DNA of 64,000 nt, taken from contig NW_027361823.1 of assembly GCF_039654945.1 (NCBI RefSeq), positions 15,314,001 to 15,378,000 on the forward strand, in the 5' to 3' direction. This DNA comes from Dendrobates tinctorius (taxonomy: Eukaryota). This document shows positions 1 through 13,936 of this stretch, one piece after another (position 1 is the first letter of the stretch; the number at the start of each line of letters is the position of its first letter). The translations under genes and the position numbers were made by a program. The notes under the pieces were generated by a model. The model was not told the DNA's origin, ran no database searches, and saw nothing but the letters and a program-made list of their open reading frames with translations.

Positions 1-410
1 AATTACAGCGGCAGCACATCGCCGCTGTCATTCAGTGGCGGGGGCAGAAAGCCCCCGTTAACTGGTGGGGGGTCAGATCGGTGTCACCAGCCATATCCGA
101 TGCTACTGCAGCATCGGCCATGGCTGGATTATAATATTTCATCAATTTTCATTGATGAAATATTACTATCGCTCTGATTGGCTGTTTCACTTTTAACAGC
201 CAATCAGAGCGATCGTAGCCACGTGGAGGTGAAGCCACGCCCCCTGTGATGAAGAACAAAGCCACCTGTATCCGACCCGGGTGACCTTTTAGTGACCCCG
301 CTAACCCGACCCGCAGGGGGGCTTTAAAGTCATGACGCCACATAGGCGTCACTGGTCGGACTGGCACAGGTTTTCATGATGCCAATGTGGCATCATTGGT
401 CGTGAAGGGG
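1..410. mobile_element. Right end of a piggyBac-like non-autonomous DNA transposon (runs off the window)
   Basis: Ends GTGAAGGGG|TTAA (TTAA 411-414), the same terminus as the 46907-55641 element. Repeated catgacgcca/catgatgcca subterminal motifs are present. Confidence 0.65.
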
Positions 411-414
411 TTAA

Positions 415-1181
415 AAACAGGGTGGCACATGTTAAGGAGCTGAAACTCCTAAACCCTTCATCCAATTTTAATGTGGATACCCTCAAATGAAAGCTGAAAA
501 TCTGAACTTCAACTGCATCTGAATTGCTTTGTTTAAAATTCATTGTGGTACTGTCATGTCGGACGCTATTCACACCACAGCGTCCGGCAGGCAGCGGTAG
601 TTCCATCTCCGTCCACTATAGCCTCAGTGGCGCCGGCTTGATTTTACTCAGGTTATTGGGGGTTAATCTAGCTGGAAATCAGGTGGGATGTTTGGTCACA
701 CCCACGGTCTTTAAATAGTCATGCTGGCCTATGGGCGTCACCGATTATAGCTTGTGTTTTATGCCAAGTGGTTCCGGTCTGGAGAGGAGGTGTTGGAGAG
801 AGAAATTCATAGCTGGTGGCGTATGATCCGTTGTTACCTTTTCGCCTTCCTATATTTGTGTTTTGTTTTGCCCTGTTCACATTACGGTATTGTCCTGTGT
901 GTATGCGGCGCGGTGCGGTTTAAGTTCTCCCTGTCTGTCATTACTGTGTGGGCTTTGGTGGTTTGACGACTCACTGGGTGGAGGGTGGAGGGTTCAGCTT
1001 AGGGCTGAGCAGGAGATAAGGAAAGGTTGAGGCTCAGGCATTTGCACCATTAGCAAAAACCCTGAGTTGAGGGTCAGACAGGGTTTTCCCTAGTGGGAGG
1101 GACTCCGCAGGGGCCCCGGTATTTCAGCCTTCTTTGACCTAAGAAAAATGTTGTCTCTCCAAATATATATGGACCTAACTG
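415..1181. mobile_element. Tc1-like transposon right TIR, interrupted by an LTR-like insert
   Basis: 415-551 and ~1135-1181 read as one Tc1-type TIR ending ...CAAATATATATGGACCTAACTG|TA. The TA (1182-1183) belongs to the CR1 sequence that is cut at this point. Confidence 0.6.
552..1130. mobile_element. LTR-like fragment (Gypsy-type), 3' end unclear
   Basis: Starts abruptly with TGTCATG inside the Tc1 TIR and has LTR-like composition with a TTTAAATA box at ~710. No clean CA end or TSD was found. Confidence 0.45.
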
Positions 1182-3700
1182 TAAGTCTCCTCTCAGTCTT
1201 CTCTTTTGCAAGCTAAACATTCCCAAATCCTGCAACCGTTCCTCATAGGATATGGTTTGCAGACCGGTCATCATTCTGGTTGCTCTTCTCCGAATTTGCT
1301 CCAGGCGTTTGATGTCTTTTTTAAAATGTGGTGCCCAAAACTGGACACAGCATTCCAGATGAGGTCTGAACAAAGAGGAGTAGAGGGCAATAATGACTTC
1401 CTGTGATCTAGACAGTATGCTTCTGTTAATACATCCTAGAATTGTATTTGCCTTTTTTGCTGTTGCATCACACTGTTGACTCTTGTTCAGTCTGTGATCT
1501 ATTAGTATACTCAAGTATTTTTCACATGTGCTGTTGCTTAGCCCTATTCCTCCCATTCTGTATATGCTTTTCTCATTTTTATTGCCCAGATGTAGTACTT
1601 CGCATTTTTCCCTGTTAAAAACCATTCTGCTAACTGCTGCCCACTGCTCCTGTTTATTTGTATCTTTTTGAATCCTCTCTATCTTCTCTAGTATTAGCTA
1701 TCTCTCCTAGATTTGTGTCATCAGCAAATTTAATCAGTTTACCCTCAATTCCTTCATCTAAATCATTGATAAAGATGTTGAACAATATTGGGCCCATGAC
1801 AGAGCCCTGTGGTATCCCACTTGAGACATTCTTCCAACTGGATGTGCAGCCATTTACGACCACTCTTTGGGTCAAGATCACTAAGCCAGTTATGAATCCA
1901 CCTAAAAGTTGCCTTGTCCATTCCATACTTAGTCATTTTTTCAGTAATTATTGTGTGAGATGCTTTGTTAAATGCTTTGCTGAAGTCAAGATATACTATA
2001 TCTACAACATTTCCTTGATCCACAATGCCAGTAATTCTGTCATAGAAGGAAATTAAGTTAGTCTGACAGGACTTATTAGTTACAAACCCATGCTGACTCT
2101 GTTTAATCACTTCATTCTAATCCAGGTGCTTACATACATTTTGTTTAATAATTTGTTCAAAGATCTTTCCCGGTATAGAAGTCAGACTCACTGGCCTATA
2201 GTTCCCTGGGTCCATCTCCTTCCCCTTTTTGAAGATAGGAAAAATATTTGCTCTTCTCCAGTCTTCTGGGACTTCTGTTCTCCAAGATTTTTTAAAGATT
2301 ATGGAGGGTGGTTCAAAAATTTCTCACTATCTTTCTGTTTACAGATATCCTGGATTATTCTATTCCCTTAATAGGACAGTGAAGATCAGTTGATGTTACA
2401 TTTCCTTTCTGGGAGAAAATAGATGCAAAATATGAATTTAAAAGTTTGGCCTTCTCAACACCCTGTCTTACCATTTCATCCTTTTCATCCTGTAAAAATC
2501 CTATAGCATCTATGACTTTTCTTTTACTTTTGACATATCCCCAAAATCCTTTTTTATTGCTGTTGACATCTCTTGCAAGCCTTAATTCATTATCAGCTTT
2601 AGTTAATCTGATTCGTGCCCTGCAGGTGCTGCAGACAGCATTTTATTCTTCTTTAGATATGCCTCCCTCTTTCCATTTGATAAACATTCATTTCTTCCTT
2701 TTAAGCATGTGTTTAAGTTCTGTGTTCAACCATCCTGGTTTCCTTAAATACTTCATATTCTTCCCTCTTTTCGGAATTGTTAATGATTTTGCATTGAGAA
2801 TCTCATTTTTCAAGATTTCCCATCCTTCCAGGACATTTTTGTACTTAAGGATATCCAGCCATTGGATCCCTCCAATTCTCTTTCTGAATCCCTTAAAATC
2901 TGCCTTTCTGAAATCTAACCTTGATGTCTGAGTCTTCACAGGTCTTCCTCCTCTAGTTATCCAAAATTCTAAAATAGCATGGTCACTACCTCATAGGGTC
3001 CCAGCCACTCTTACCACCTCAACCATTTCCTCCCTGTTTATAAGGATTAGATCCAAGGTAGCAGATCCCCTGGTTTTCTCCCCTACCTTTTGGAAGATAA
3101 AGTTGTCAGCAAGAGAACATAAGAATTTCCTTCACCTGTTCGTTATTCGTGAGAGCGATTCCCAACGAATGTCTGGATAGTTGAAATCTCCCATGACAAA
3201 TATGTCATATTTTTTGGAGAACTTGGCTATTTTATGAATGAAGAGTTCATCCATATTTTCAGCTTGAACAGGCGGCCTGTCGTAAATGCCTACAATGGTG
3301 TCCTTTCCATTCTTCTGTCCTTGTATTCTTACCCAAACAGTTTCCATAGAACTCCCAGTCTCTGAAGCTTCAATCTCTGTGCAGATATATGCTTTTCTAA
3401 CATACAATGCAACACCTCATCCTTGTTATCAAGCCTGTTTCTAGCAAATCAGTTGTATCCTTCTAGCCTTGTATTCCAATCATGCGTATTGTCCCACCAA
3501 GTTGCAGTGATTCCAATAACATTATATTTCTTTTCCTGCGTTAGTAGTTCCAATTCTCCTTGTTTGTTGCCCATGCTTTGTGCATTCGTATAAAAACATT
3601 TCAGTTTTTCACTGGTTTCTCTTTCTCTGATATTTTTATTATTTTGATTTTTTCATCTATGTTCTTCCTTTCCACTTCTAATAGCAGAATTCTCAATAGT
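1182..3700 (-). pseudogene. CR1 ORF2 (endonuclease-reverse transcriptase), frameshifted
   Basis: ORF pieces 3132-3407, 2688-2939, 1763-2110, 1654-1926 and 1074-1625 carry consecutive CR1 ORF2 motifs in different frames. Confidence 0.9.
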
Positions 3701-3753
3701 ATTTGTCAGGTGTTTGGCTTTTTCTGGCCTTTTGCTTACCTTCCCACATTGTT

Positions 3754-4710
3754 CTAGTTTAAAGCTCTCCTTATAAGTGTAGCAAGGCGAATTCCAAATA
3801 CATGTTTTCCAGTCTTCGTAAGGTGCACCCCATCTCTAGCAAGTAGTCCATCGTATAGGTTATTCACTTTGTGATACAGAAATCCAAATTCTTGCTGATG
3901 GCACCATCGACGTAGCCAGTTGTTCACCTGCAGAATCTTATTCCACCTCCTTGTTCCATGACCATCCACTAGAAGGATGGAAGAGAAGACCACTTGCTCT
4001 CCCACTTCTTTCACTTTCTTACCTAAGTTTTCAAAGTCACTGCAGATGGTTTCCAGGTCATTTCTCGTGGTGTCATTTGTCCCCACATGTATTAGCAGGA
4101 ATGGGTAGTCATCTGGAGGTCTAAAGAGCTCTGATATCCTGTCAGACACAGCTTTAATTTTTGCACCTGGAAGGCAGCACATTTCTCTTGAGGTTATATC
4201 CGGTCTGCAGATAGCGGCCTCTGTTCACAGGGAATCCCCCATGATGACAATTCTCCATTTCTTCTTCACAACATTTTTCTTTCTCCATCCAGGAGGATTC
4301 TGAAGGCGCACAAGGTTGTTGTTTGTGGGCAAAGTCTTACCCTAATGTATTTCTTCATTGTTCTCCTGCGTAAGAGCCTGGTACTGGTTCCTGAGCAGTA
4401 CGGGTGCTTACTGCCTCTTGATCCTCCTGCTTCCCTGGGTCACGTGCTTCCATTTGTCTGTTTCTTCAGGTGAACTTCAAATGTATTCTCTTTCCATTAA
4501 ATGAAGAGATAATTCTGCTCTGTCTAAGAGCTCTTCACCTTGCTTAATTATTTTCAGTGTTGCTAACCTCTCTTGTAGATTTTGCAACTTTTTCCCCAAC
4601 AGGGAAACAAGCTTGCATTTTTGGCATGTGAAGTTTGTCTTTTCCACTGGTAAGTCTGTGAACATGTAGCAAGAAATGCACCTCACCAAATGGCTCGTGG
4701 CTTCTTTCAT
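3754..4710 (-). pseudogene. CR1 ORF1 (zinc-finger/coiled-coil plus SGNH esterase-like domain), disrupted
   Basis: 4477-4710 has CISC...CQKC followed by a leucine-zipper-like stretch. 3754-4182 has LPGA, IHVGTND and DGVHL, typical of CR1 ORF1 esterases. Confidence 0.88.
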
Positions 4711-4850
4711 GTTCTTATTGTTAAGGAGATATCAAAGTGGTGAAAAAAGTGCTAAAATTAATGCGTCGGTAGACGCGCTGTTTATTGATGTCCCCCTCTC
4801 AGCTGCAATGACCAAAACCAGTGTTCTTTGAGCTCGTGGAGACTCTTAAC

Positions 4851-7227
4851 TAGTGTTGAGCGATACCATCCGATACCCTAAAATATCGGATCGGATGGTA
4901 TCGGCCCGATACAAAAAAAGTATCGGGTATTGCCGATTCCGATACCGGAAGTCCCATTCAAGTCTATGGGACTTCCGGTATCGGAATAAGAAAAAACCTT
5001 TTCTGTCCTGGTGCAGCCTCTCGGGGGGTGTGTACGGACCTTCCGGGGGTCTGTGCCGACTGCCCGGGGTTCTGTGCGGACTGCCGGGGGTCTGTGCTGG
5101 CCTGCCGGTGGTCTGTACCGACTGTCTGGGGGTCTGTGCAGGCTGCGGGGTCTGTACCGGCCTGCCGGGGGGCTGTGCCGGCCTGCCGGTGGTCTGTACC
5201 GACTGTCTGGGGGTCTGTGCGGCCTGCCGGGGGTCTGTACCGACTGTCCGGGGGTCTGTGCAGGCTGCGGGGGTCTGTGCCGGCCTGCCGGGGGGCTGTG
5301 GAGAACTGTAAAAAAAAGTCCCTAGTCTCACTTTATGGCATTGCTGTGTGAGAAATTTCCCACGCAGCTTTTGCCATAAAGTGAGACTAGGGACTTTTTT
5401 TTTACAGTGGCGGAGGAATACAGTGCTGAAGGATACCTACCTCCCGTCATTGGTTTCCTGGAGCCCGTAGAGATCGGTAGCATCAGCTGATGCTGCTGTT
5501 CTCCACACAAGATCGTCATGGGACACTCGTGGACTTCTGCGGATCAGGGGTAAGTATATTGGTGGTTTGTTATTTTAATATTTATTCCACAGATGACAAT
5601 GGCTTCGGGGATCAAAGTGACAAGTGATGGTGAGTATGTACTCTATGTTATATGTACTGTATGTCTATATGTATGTATTGCATGAATGTATTGTATGCAG
5701 CATATATGTATGTTGCATGCATGTAGTATATGTAGTATATATGTAGTATGCATGTTGCATGCATGTGGTATATATGTAGTATGTATGTATGTATGTTGCA
5801 TGCATGTAGTATATATGTATGTTGCATGCATGTAGTATATATGTAGTATATATGTAGTATGCATGTTGCATGCATGTGGTATATTTGTATTATGTATGTT
5901 GCATGTAGTATATATGTAGTATATATGTAGTATGCATGTAGTATATATGTTGTATGTATGTATGTTGCATGCATGTAGTATATATGTGGTATACATGTAG
6001 TATGCATGTTGCATGCATGTGGTATATATGTATGCATGTTGCATGCATGTGGTATATATGTAGTATGTATGTATGTTGCATGCATGTAGTATATATGTAT
6101 GTTGCATGCATGTAGTATATATGTAGTATATATGTAGTATGCATGTTGCATGCATGTGGTATATATGTAGTATGTATGTTGCATGTAGTATATATGTTGT
6201 ATATATGTAGTATGCATATTGCATGCATGTAGTATATGTGTTGTATGTATGTTGCATGCATGCAGTATATATGTGGTATATATGTAGTATGCATGTTGCA
6301 TGCATGTGGTATATATGTATGTATGTTGCATGCATGTAGTATATATGTGGTATATATGTAGTATGTATGTATGTTGCATGCATGTAGTATATGTAGTATG
6401 CATGTATGTTGCATGCATGTAGTATATATGTAGTATGTATGTTGCATGCATGTGGTATATATGTAGTATGTAGGTATGTTGCATGCATGTAGTATATATG
6501 TAGTATGCATGTATGTTGCATGCATGTAGTATATATGTAGTATGTATGTTGCATGCATGTGGTATATATGTAGTATGTATGTTGCATGCATGTACTATAT
6601 ATGTAGTATGCATGCATGTAGTATGTATGTAGTATGTATGTTGCATGTATGTAGTATATATGTAGTATGTTTTTTTTTTTTTTACATTCAACACATTAGC
6701 CGGATGATGGGACTACTACTGTCCCATCATTGGCTAATGTGTCAATCACCGTCATGGTAGCAGGCATCGCCCGTTGGGACTTGTAGTCCCATTGGACGAT
6801 GCCTGCACAGACCCCCGCAGCCTGCACAGACCCCGGGACAGTCGGCACAGACCACCGGCAGGCCAGCACAGCCCCCCGGCAGGCCAGTACAGACCCCCGC
6901 ACAGTCGGCACAGACCACCGGCAGGCCGGTACAGACCCCGGGCAGTCAGCACAGAGCCCCGGCAGGTCAGTACAGACCCCCAGGCAGTCGGCACAGACCC
7001 CCCCCCGGAAGGCCCGAACTGACGACTGGCGGCGCATCATGATGCGCACAGACCGCGCATCATGATGACGTCATTTCAGCAGCCAATCAGAGCCACAACA
7101 TTGCATTATGGGGACTTCCGATTCCGATATCCGATATTGTAAAAATATCGGTACTCGGTATCGGAATTCCTACACAGCGAATATCGGCCGATACCCGATA
7201 TTTGCAGTATCGGAATGCTCTACACTA
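4851..7227. mobile_element. Non-autonomous hAT element (copy 1, one-armed foldback type)
   Basis: TIRs TAGTGTTGAGC / GCTCTACACTA with perfect 8-bp TSD CTCTTAAC (4843-4850, 7228-7235). It has CCGATAC/GTATCGG subterminal repeats, GC minisatellites, a hairpin at 5306-5407 and a TATG/CATG array. Confidence 0.93.
5640..6670. repeat. Complex (TATG/TGCA/TAG) microsatellite inside the hAT element
   Basis: About 1 kb of atgtagtat/gttgcatgc units. This is the source of the spurious H/T/Y/I/C-rich ORFs. Confidence 0.95.
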
Positions 7228-10200
7228 CTCTTAACTTATCCCAGAAGGTACTGGGAATATGCAAATTCTCTCCTCAGGACTCTTCCCCTGGTTTACTGAT
7301 GTCCTCCTCTCAGCTGCAATGGCCAAAATCCAGTGTTCTTTGAGCTCGCGGAGACTCTTCACTTATCTCAGAAGGCACCAAACATTGCACCAAAGATTGG
7401 GTACTTCTATGCTGTTCAGGTTCCTGTTCAAGTTCGGGTAGAGTTCTGGTACCTAAACCGAACTTTGGATTAAAGTTCAGTCGAACCTGACAAACGCGAA
7501 TGTCCATGAGTCCACTCAACCCTAACTAAGACCAAATATGTAGACATTATGAGGCTGATTCATAATACGCCTTGTGTCAGAAACCTGACACAAAACTATT
7601 TGAAATGTTCCAATATTTTGCACAACAGTTAAGCAAAAATTTAGGACTTTTGGATTTTTTTACTCCAGGTCTGCCAGAATTTTAAAAATCAAGCGCAGCC
7701 CCACAAATTCATCATAATTTATGTAAAAAATATATCATACTTTAATGAAAATGTACAGCAGCTGTATGATGCACCAAATTTATTAAGAGACATACAAATA
7801 CCTCTTAATAAATTTAGTTCATATTATTTTAGCGCATATTGGATCTGAACAGGCAGACAAAATACAGTCTTGATTAATTCTTCCCCTATCTATTATTCTT
7901 TGGAAAATTATGCCAACAATTTAAAATGAACATAAAAGTGATAATAAAAAGTATGAGAAAACTCCTAAAAAAGTACATATCCTATGATGGCGTTGTCTGC
8001 AAAGCTGGAGTTGTAGCTATGGTAGGCTTTTAATATACGAGTTAATGTACTGTTATATATTACACTTCAATACACCTAACCATTTTTTCTCTTGACAGGT
8101 TGCATAACCCTCATTTAGTTAAACTTACATCCCCCACTTAAGGTACTGTAAGTCAATAAAGGTTCATGTTATAGTCTTTAAAATAATATAAAATAAACAC
8201 TCAGAGGGCTCTTTTCTCGAGTGACAAGAGACATGAGTGCCTTTAGGCTTTCAGTCTTAAAACACTCAAAGCTCTTTTTCAGAATGCATTAAATCAATAT
8301 AAATTGACATCAATATTACAAAAGAGATTTTCTTTTACTTGGAAGTAGCAGAAAATATATGCAAATTATCTCTTCTACAAGAGGGAGAAAAATGGCTTCA
8401 TAGTATCAACTATTGGAGGTGATATGAAATAAGTCAATGTCTGACCCTTTACTAAGACTTTCTAAATAACTGCCAAACCAAAATCATCTCTCTGCAGCCG
8501 TTTGTTTCAGGGTTCTTGCGCATTGTCAGTACGAAACAGGGTGCTATGTCGGACAATGACATTTAAGGTTACTACTGCTAATAGGTGAGATTATAAATCA
8601 GCTTTCCTTTTGCTAGGGGAGAGGTAGTTTGCATATCTTTTTGTAAAATTTCTTATACAATAAGTTTTGCTATTTGAGAAACATTACCCACCCACCAGAT
8701 CATAGATACTCCTAGTCTTTTCTACTAAGAATTCCATTCATGCACTAATGGGTACACACTTTTAAAAAGGAAGCTTTGATATAATCTAGAGAAGGACTAA
8801 TTTGCATGCTTTTATCCTAGGCAACATTTAAGACTAATGTGACATGTTGGTGATATTCGCATCAAGAGATGGTAGTTCTCATAACCTGCACTAAAATGTG
8901 GACTTCTTTTATGGTAGCTGGAATCATGCTTCCTGATATCAAGGAAACATATTAAATTTATTACAGCTGATTATTAATTTAATTGCTTAAGAAGCACACT
9001 CAACAAATGTATGGCCGGTGGTCTTGGTCCATAACACCCAGTTCATAAGAGGTGAATTGAATGGGAGCCCACAAGTGGATTTGGTTGTTGGGAATCTAAG
9101 AGAGCAGAAAGAAGCCATATCCACATGGTTGTCTTCTAGAGATGAGTGGATCTGGCATAATTTGAATTTGCCTAGTCGTATGGATTTGTCCAGGAAACTT
9201 TATTTTCAGTAAAATGAATGTGTCTTAAGAAATATAAGATGTAGAAATTTAAAAATTATACTTTTCTTATTGCTCACCTCTCTGGTCCCTCCACTCTCCA
9301 CCATCCCCCTGTCTGGTCATCAGCCCATCTTCCTATAACAACCACCAAGCGTTGAATACCTTGTCCTCTTGACTACATCATAACATGTGCTGTGATCTTG
9401 TACATGCATGGATGCATTCCGGGCAAGCATGAAGAGGCCTACAAATTCAGTACTTGGCAGCATTGATAAGAAGATGGACTGATCACCCGACAGGGGGGAC
9501 AGGGCAGAGCCAAAGAGCGAGAGTGGTGAGTGGTAAGGTGAGTATAAGTATTTAATGTTTTTTTTTAACTTTTTGATGCTCCTTTACAGTTCAACAAAAT
9601 GACTTCCAGTGGCCACTGTTGTACTGAATCTGCGCATAATTGAATTACAAAAAATCCACATTTCAAAAATGGAGGACATTTATAATATTCAAGTAGCGTT
9701 AAATTTCTCTTGAATTGATTTGATCATTACTACTGTTTTTACTATCTTCCCTTCTTTCCCTTCTTACATGCATACTGCTTCAGTACTGTCTTTATTGATT
9801 ATGAACCACTATCAACAAATTTATGGCCAGTTGTCCTGGTTCATAAAACCCAATCATTTTATTTCAACAGCAATTGTATGGCCAAATATTGAGTGGGGTG
9901 TTGGGAATCTTACAGAGAAGACAGAAGCCATTTCAGCATGTCTTTCTTCCCATCTCACACACAAACTGGTTTAGCACTGCCTTAATTGATCCTGGATTTT
10001 CACCTCACTGGTCAATTGATTCAAGTGATAGCTAGAAAAAAGTTAAGCTGGATCTAAGTGACTCCAACTTAGACCATGAAAATAGTCACTATAACTGTGG
10101 TTATTTAGCTTTCATAGCCCTTGTTTAAACCTATTTAAGCAAATGAATGTTCCCTATGGCATTTACTGACTTTGGAGTGACAGACCATAACAATCTAAAA

Positions 10201-11311
10201 ATAAAAGTTGAAAAACAAAGTTAAACTAGATAATAAGGCACATAAAATAGCCCATTTTTTGCAAGTAAGTTAGCCTTGAATCAATGACCATAAATTAGAC
10301 AAATATTTCAAAATTAAAGGCAGACAATGACAAAAAATAGATAAAACATTATTTTATGATCACAATTTTAAGCATAAAAATCAAGCACATTCTAAAAAAA
10401 AGTTGTTTTTCTACACTTTGCTTTCCTTTAGGACAAACAATTCAAATAAATGGAAATTGAATAAAAGTAAAGAAAAAAGAATCATGTTGACAGCTGTTTT
10501 CAAATAAAGTTGACCTGTCACCAGATCAAAATTGGCAAGTTAATTCTCTTATTTCATTCACACTGCACACCTGAGTATTCTGGGGTTTTTTTTTGCTTGC
10601 TTTTTTAAAATTTTTCCTACGTCTACAATGTTATGGGCCTTTTTATTTATTAAGTTTTATGGCCTTTACCATGGAGATTTTGCTCACAGGATAAAAATGC
10701 TGAGCAATCAAAAGACACGACTCCAGGGAAACTTGTGAGCTATGACCTCTTGATAAAGACCAGAAAAATAAGCACTAAATAAAAAGTCCCATATCCTTGG
10801 AACCATATGGTGTATTTAAATAGGAAATAAAATCAAGCATCAGAGGAGCAGTGAAAATATACTAAGAGCAATTACTTGCCACTTTTGACCTACTAATAAG
10901 TCTTATTTAAATGATGCTTAAATTATTCTCAATTAAGTCATTCTCAAGTTTGGAAGTTAATCCTCATCCACTGTGTAGAGGATAACTTCCCAATCATTGA
11001 AGGTATGACCCCCACCGATTATGAGAACCAGGCCACTTTGAAAAGTAATCAATCAAGTGCACAGCCGCTCCATTCATTATTCTGGGAATGCCATGGACCA
11101 GTCAAGCACAACATTTAACTATCTATGGAAGTTCCATTAACAGTGAATGGAGTGGCAGTACATATGATCAAACAACCCAACATTTACAAGTGACTGTTCA
11201 GAGACCTGGTTCTTGTGATTGCATGGGGTTCCAGAGGTCAGATCCCCATCGTTTGATAAGTTATCCACTATCCAATGTATAGTGGATAATTTCCAAACTT
11301 GGCAATACCCA

Positions 11312-11648
11312 CCCCTTCACGACTGATGTATATTTATGCAATCGTTGTGTCGTTGCCTTTGATGCACTCGATGGCTGATTTAATCAGTGAACGGAGTAAC
11401 GGGAAAAAAATTAACGAGAAATTAAATTAACACAGAATTACTTTTTTTTGGGTTTCCACAGCATTGATGTTTTCCAGTATTCTATATGGTTAAAGCAACG
11501 GTAACACTCAAAATTACAACTTGTTTCGCAAAAAAAAAACAAAACATTGCCATATTGACAGAAAAGTTAAAAAAAAAGTTATGGCTCTTAGAAGAAGGGA
11601 AGGAAAAAACAAAAATGAAAAACAGAAAATGTTCCAGTGATGAAGGGG
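11312..11648. mobile_element. Degenerate short piggyBac-like MITE
   Basis: CCCCTTCA...TGAAGGGG termini with decayed TTAA sites. The internal aaaaaagttatggctct motif resembles the large element (47829 region). Confidence 0.45.
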
Positions 11649-13330
11649 TTGACAAAAATTTAGACACATTTTAAAAGAAAACATTGTTTATTAAAAAATA
11701 TTTTTTATCTCATCCAAAACCTCATTTAGTTACTAACTTTATAAATTTCATTTTTACTTCTTAATAAAAGCATGAAAAACAGTTTGCCCCTGTTTCAGAG
11801 AAAATGTCCCAAACGTTCTAAAATGTGCATATGATTTTATGCTTATGTCTGTGTTAGATCAAAGCTAAATGTCATTCTCTTGTTAACCATATTTACATTT
11901 GCGGCTGTAAGAATTTGCTAAACATTAGTGATAATGGAGCGGATATGTATTTATATCAAACCTCTATTCAATGAGCACATTCCAAAAGTAAAAGCTGCAC
12001 AGATTCCAGTAGCAGGTGGAATGTGAACATAAAGTGACATTTAACAATGACCTTAAATAACTCTCTGAATGTGTGACATTTATTTGCACAAAATATGTTC
12101 CCTTGTGCTTTATTATTTTGTTGCTCGGTAAGACAATATAGTTGTAAGATTATTTCCTATGACATTCAAAATGGCTACAGGTTTTCCATTGCATCCTGCA
12201 CAGGTCATATATTTAAGGTTTAGTCAATTATCGATTCTACGCTTTTTTTTGTAACAGTTGAATGACAGCAAAAATATTCAATCAAAATACTACAGAATAT
12301 TGTTGCCCCTTGTGATATCTGCAATTCTAAAGACATTTTATAAAAGGAGAAATTCAGACAAAATAATCTACTTATGTACTGTACATTTAAGTGAGAAAGA
12401 TGCCGGTTACATCTTTGATCTCGGAAGTCACGAATGATGGCTTACAAACAATTTAAAAAATAGTTTTCCACAAACCAATATAAGAAGTCTGAATTAACCC
12501 TCTGAGGACTCGGAATTATTCATTTTTGCACTTATGTTTTTTCCTCCCCTTGTTTCCTTGGGCTTATTTTTTTGTGAGGGACAAGTTATAATTTTCAATG
12601 TCACCATTTATTTTACCAAACAATGTACTGGAAAATAGTAAATACATTTCAAGTGCTGTGAAATTGAGAAAAGCAAAAACGCATTTCTGCCATGCTTCTT
12701 TTGGCAGTTTTATTTTTATGACATTCATTGTGTAGTAAAAATGACCTAATAACATATTTTTCCAGCTCAGCATTATTATGACGATACCAAGCATTCACAG
12801 ATTTTTTATGAATTTAGTGGTGAAAAGAAGCTCTTATCACGGTTTTAGAAAAGTTTATATTTGCTAGATCGCACTTTTATTACACAAAGATAGCAAATAT
12901 GTGTACTTTTTAACATTTATTAACAGTATTGCAGTATATAGTGAAATTGTGGTTCACTTTGAAGTTCAGTCTATGGGTTCACAGAAGAACCAAGATGGCC
13001 GTTATGGGGGCCTTTGAAAAGGTCCCTTGAATTCTATGGTAATCCAATAGTTGGCCGCATAACTTAAAAGCCACTGTCAGTTTTACAGCAGCATTTAAAT
13101 AGCTAAACTGCAGCAGTCTGAGAAAACTGATACAGCTACAGTTACAAGATGATGCTGGTTGTCTTACATAGCTGCCTCTAACTGCAGAGACTGGAGTTAG
13201 CTCTGATTGCTGCAGCTTAACTACTCAATTGCTGCTGTTATATGGTTGGTAGGAAGCAGGCTCATCTCCTGAGCCAGCATCACTCTTTGCTTTTCACCCT
13301 ATGATGAAAATTTACATGTTAGGACATTAA

Positions 13331-13936
13331 AAGGAATCTGTCACCCCATTTTAGCCCTATCAGCTGCTGGTACCACCATCAGGAGCTTATCTACAGCATT
13401 CTGTAATGCTGTAGATAATCCCCCGATGTAACCTGAAAGATAAGAAAAAGAGTTAGATTATACTCACCCCGGCGTTCGGTCAGGTCCGATGGGTGTCGCC
13501 GTCCTGTCCGACGCCTCCCAACTTTATACTATGATGTCCTTCTCCTTACTTCTCCCTCGGCTCCTGCACAGGCGTACTGCTCTACCCTGTTGAGGGCAAA
13601 GTAGAGTACTGCAGTGCGCAGGCGCTGGACCTCTCTGACCTTTCCTGCACACTGCAGTACTTTAATCTGTCCTCAACAGGGCAGATAAACTACACCTGTG
13701 CAGGAGCCGAGGGAGAAGCAAGGAGGAGTACATCATTGTATGAAGATGGGAGGCGCCTGATCGGACCGCGACACCCACCGCACCTGACTCCGCCCCCCAG
13801 TGAGTATAATCTAGTGTGTTTTTCTTATCTTTCAGGTTTCATCGGGGGCTTATCTATAGCATTATAGAATGCTGTAGATAAGCCCCAATAGTGATGGCAG
13901 CATCTCATAGGGCAAAAACTGGGTGACAGATTCCCT
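13331..13936. mobile_element. T2/Kolobok-type MITE
   Basis: TTAA|AAGGAATCTGTCACCC...GGGTGACAGATTCCCT|TTAA. The long imperfect inverted arms cover almost the whole element. Confidence 0.85.

Larger units (their letters stand above)
1182..7375 (-). mobile_element. CR1 LINE, near full length, degraded; 3' end cut by Tc1, 5'UTR split by a hAT insertion
   Basis: ORF2 fragments contain APE endonuclease motifs (GDFNYPDI) and RT motifs ([28 protein letters not shown]). ORF1 has a Cys-rich N-terminus and an esterase. A repeated 5'UTR unit (4786-4850 plus 7236-7248 versus 7297-7375) rejoins across the hAT insertion. Confidence 0.93.

Noticed and set aside
4846-5351. Pro/Gly/Ala/Cys-rich ORFs (also 6696-7065, 50669-51233, 53290-53806)
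   Set aside because: These are translations of GC-rich minisatellites that are open in most frames on both strands.
5643-6694. His/Thr/Tyr/Cys-rich long ORFs (also 51288-52119 and 52702-53288)
   Set aside because: These are translations of a microsatellite that lacks stop codons in several frames.
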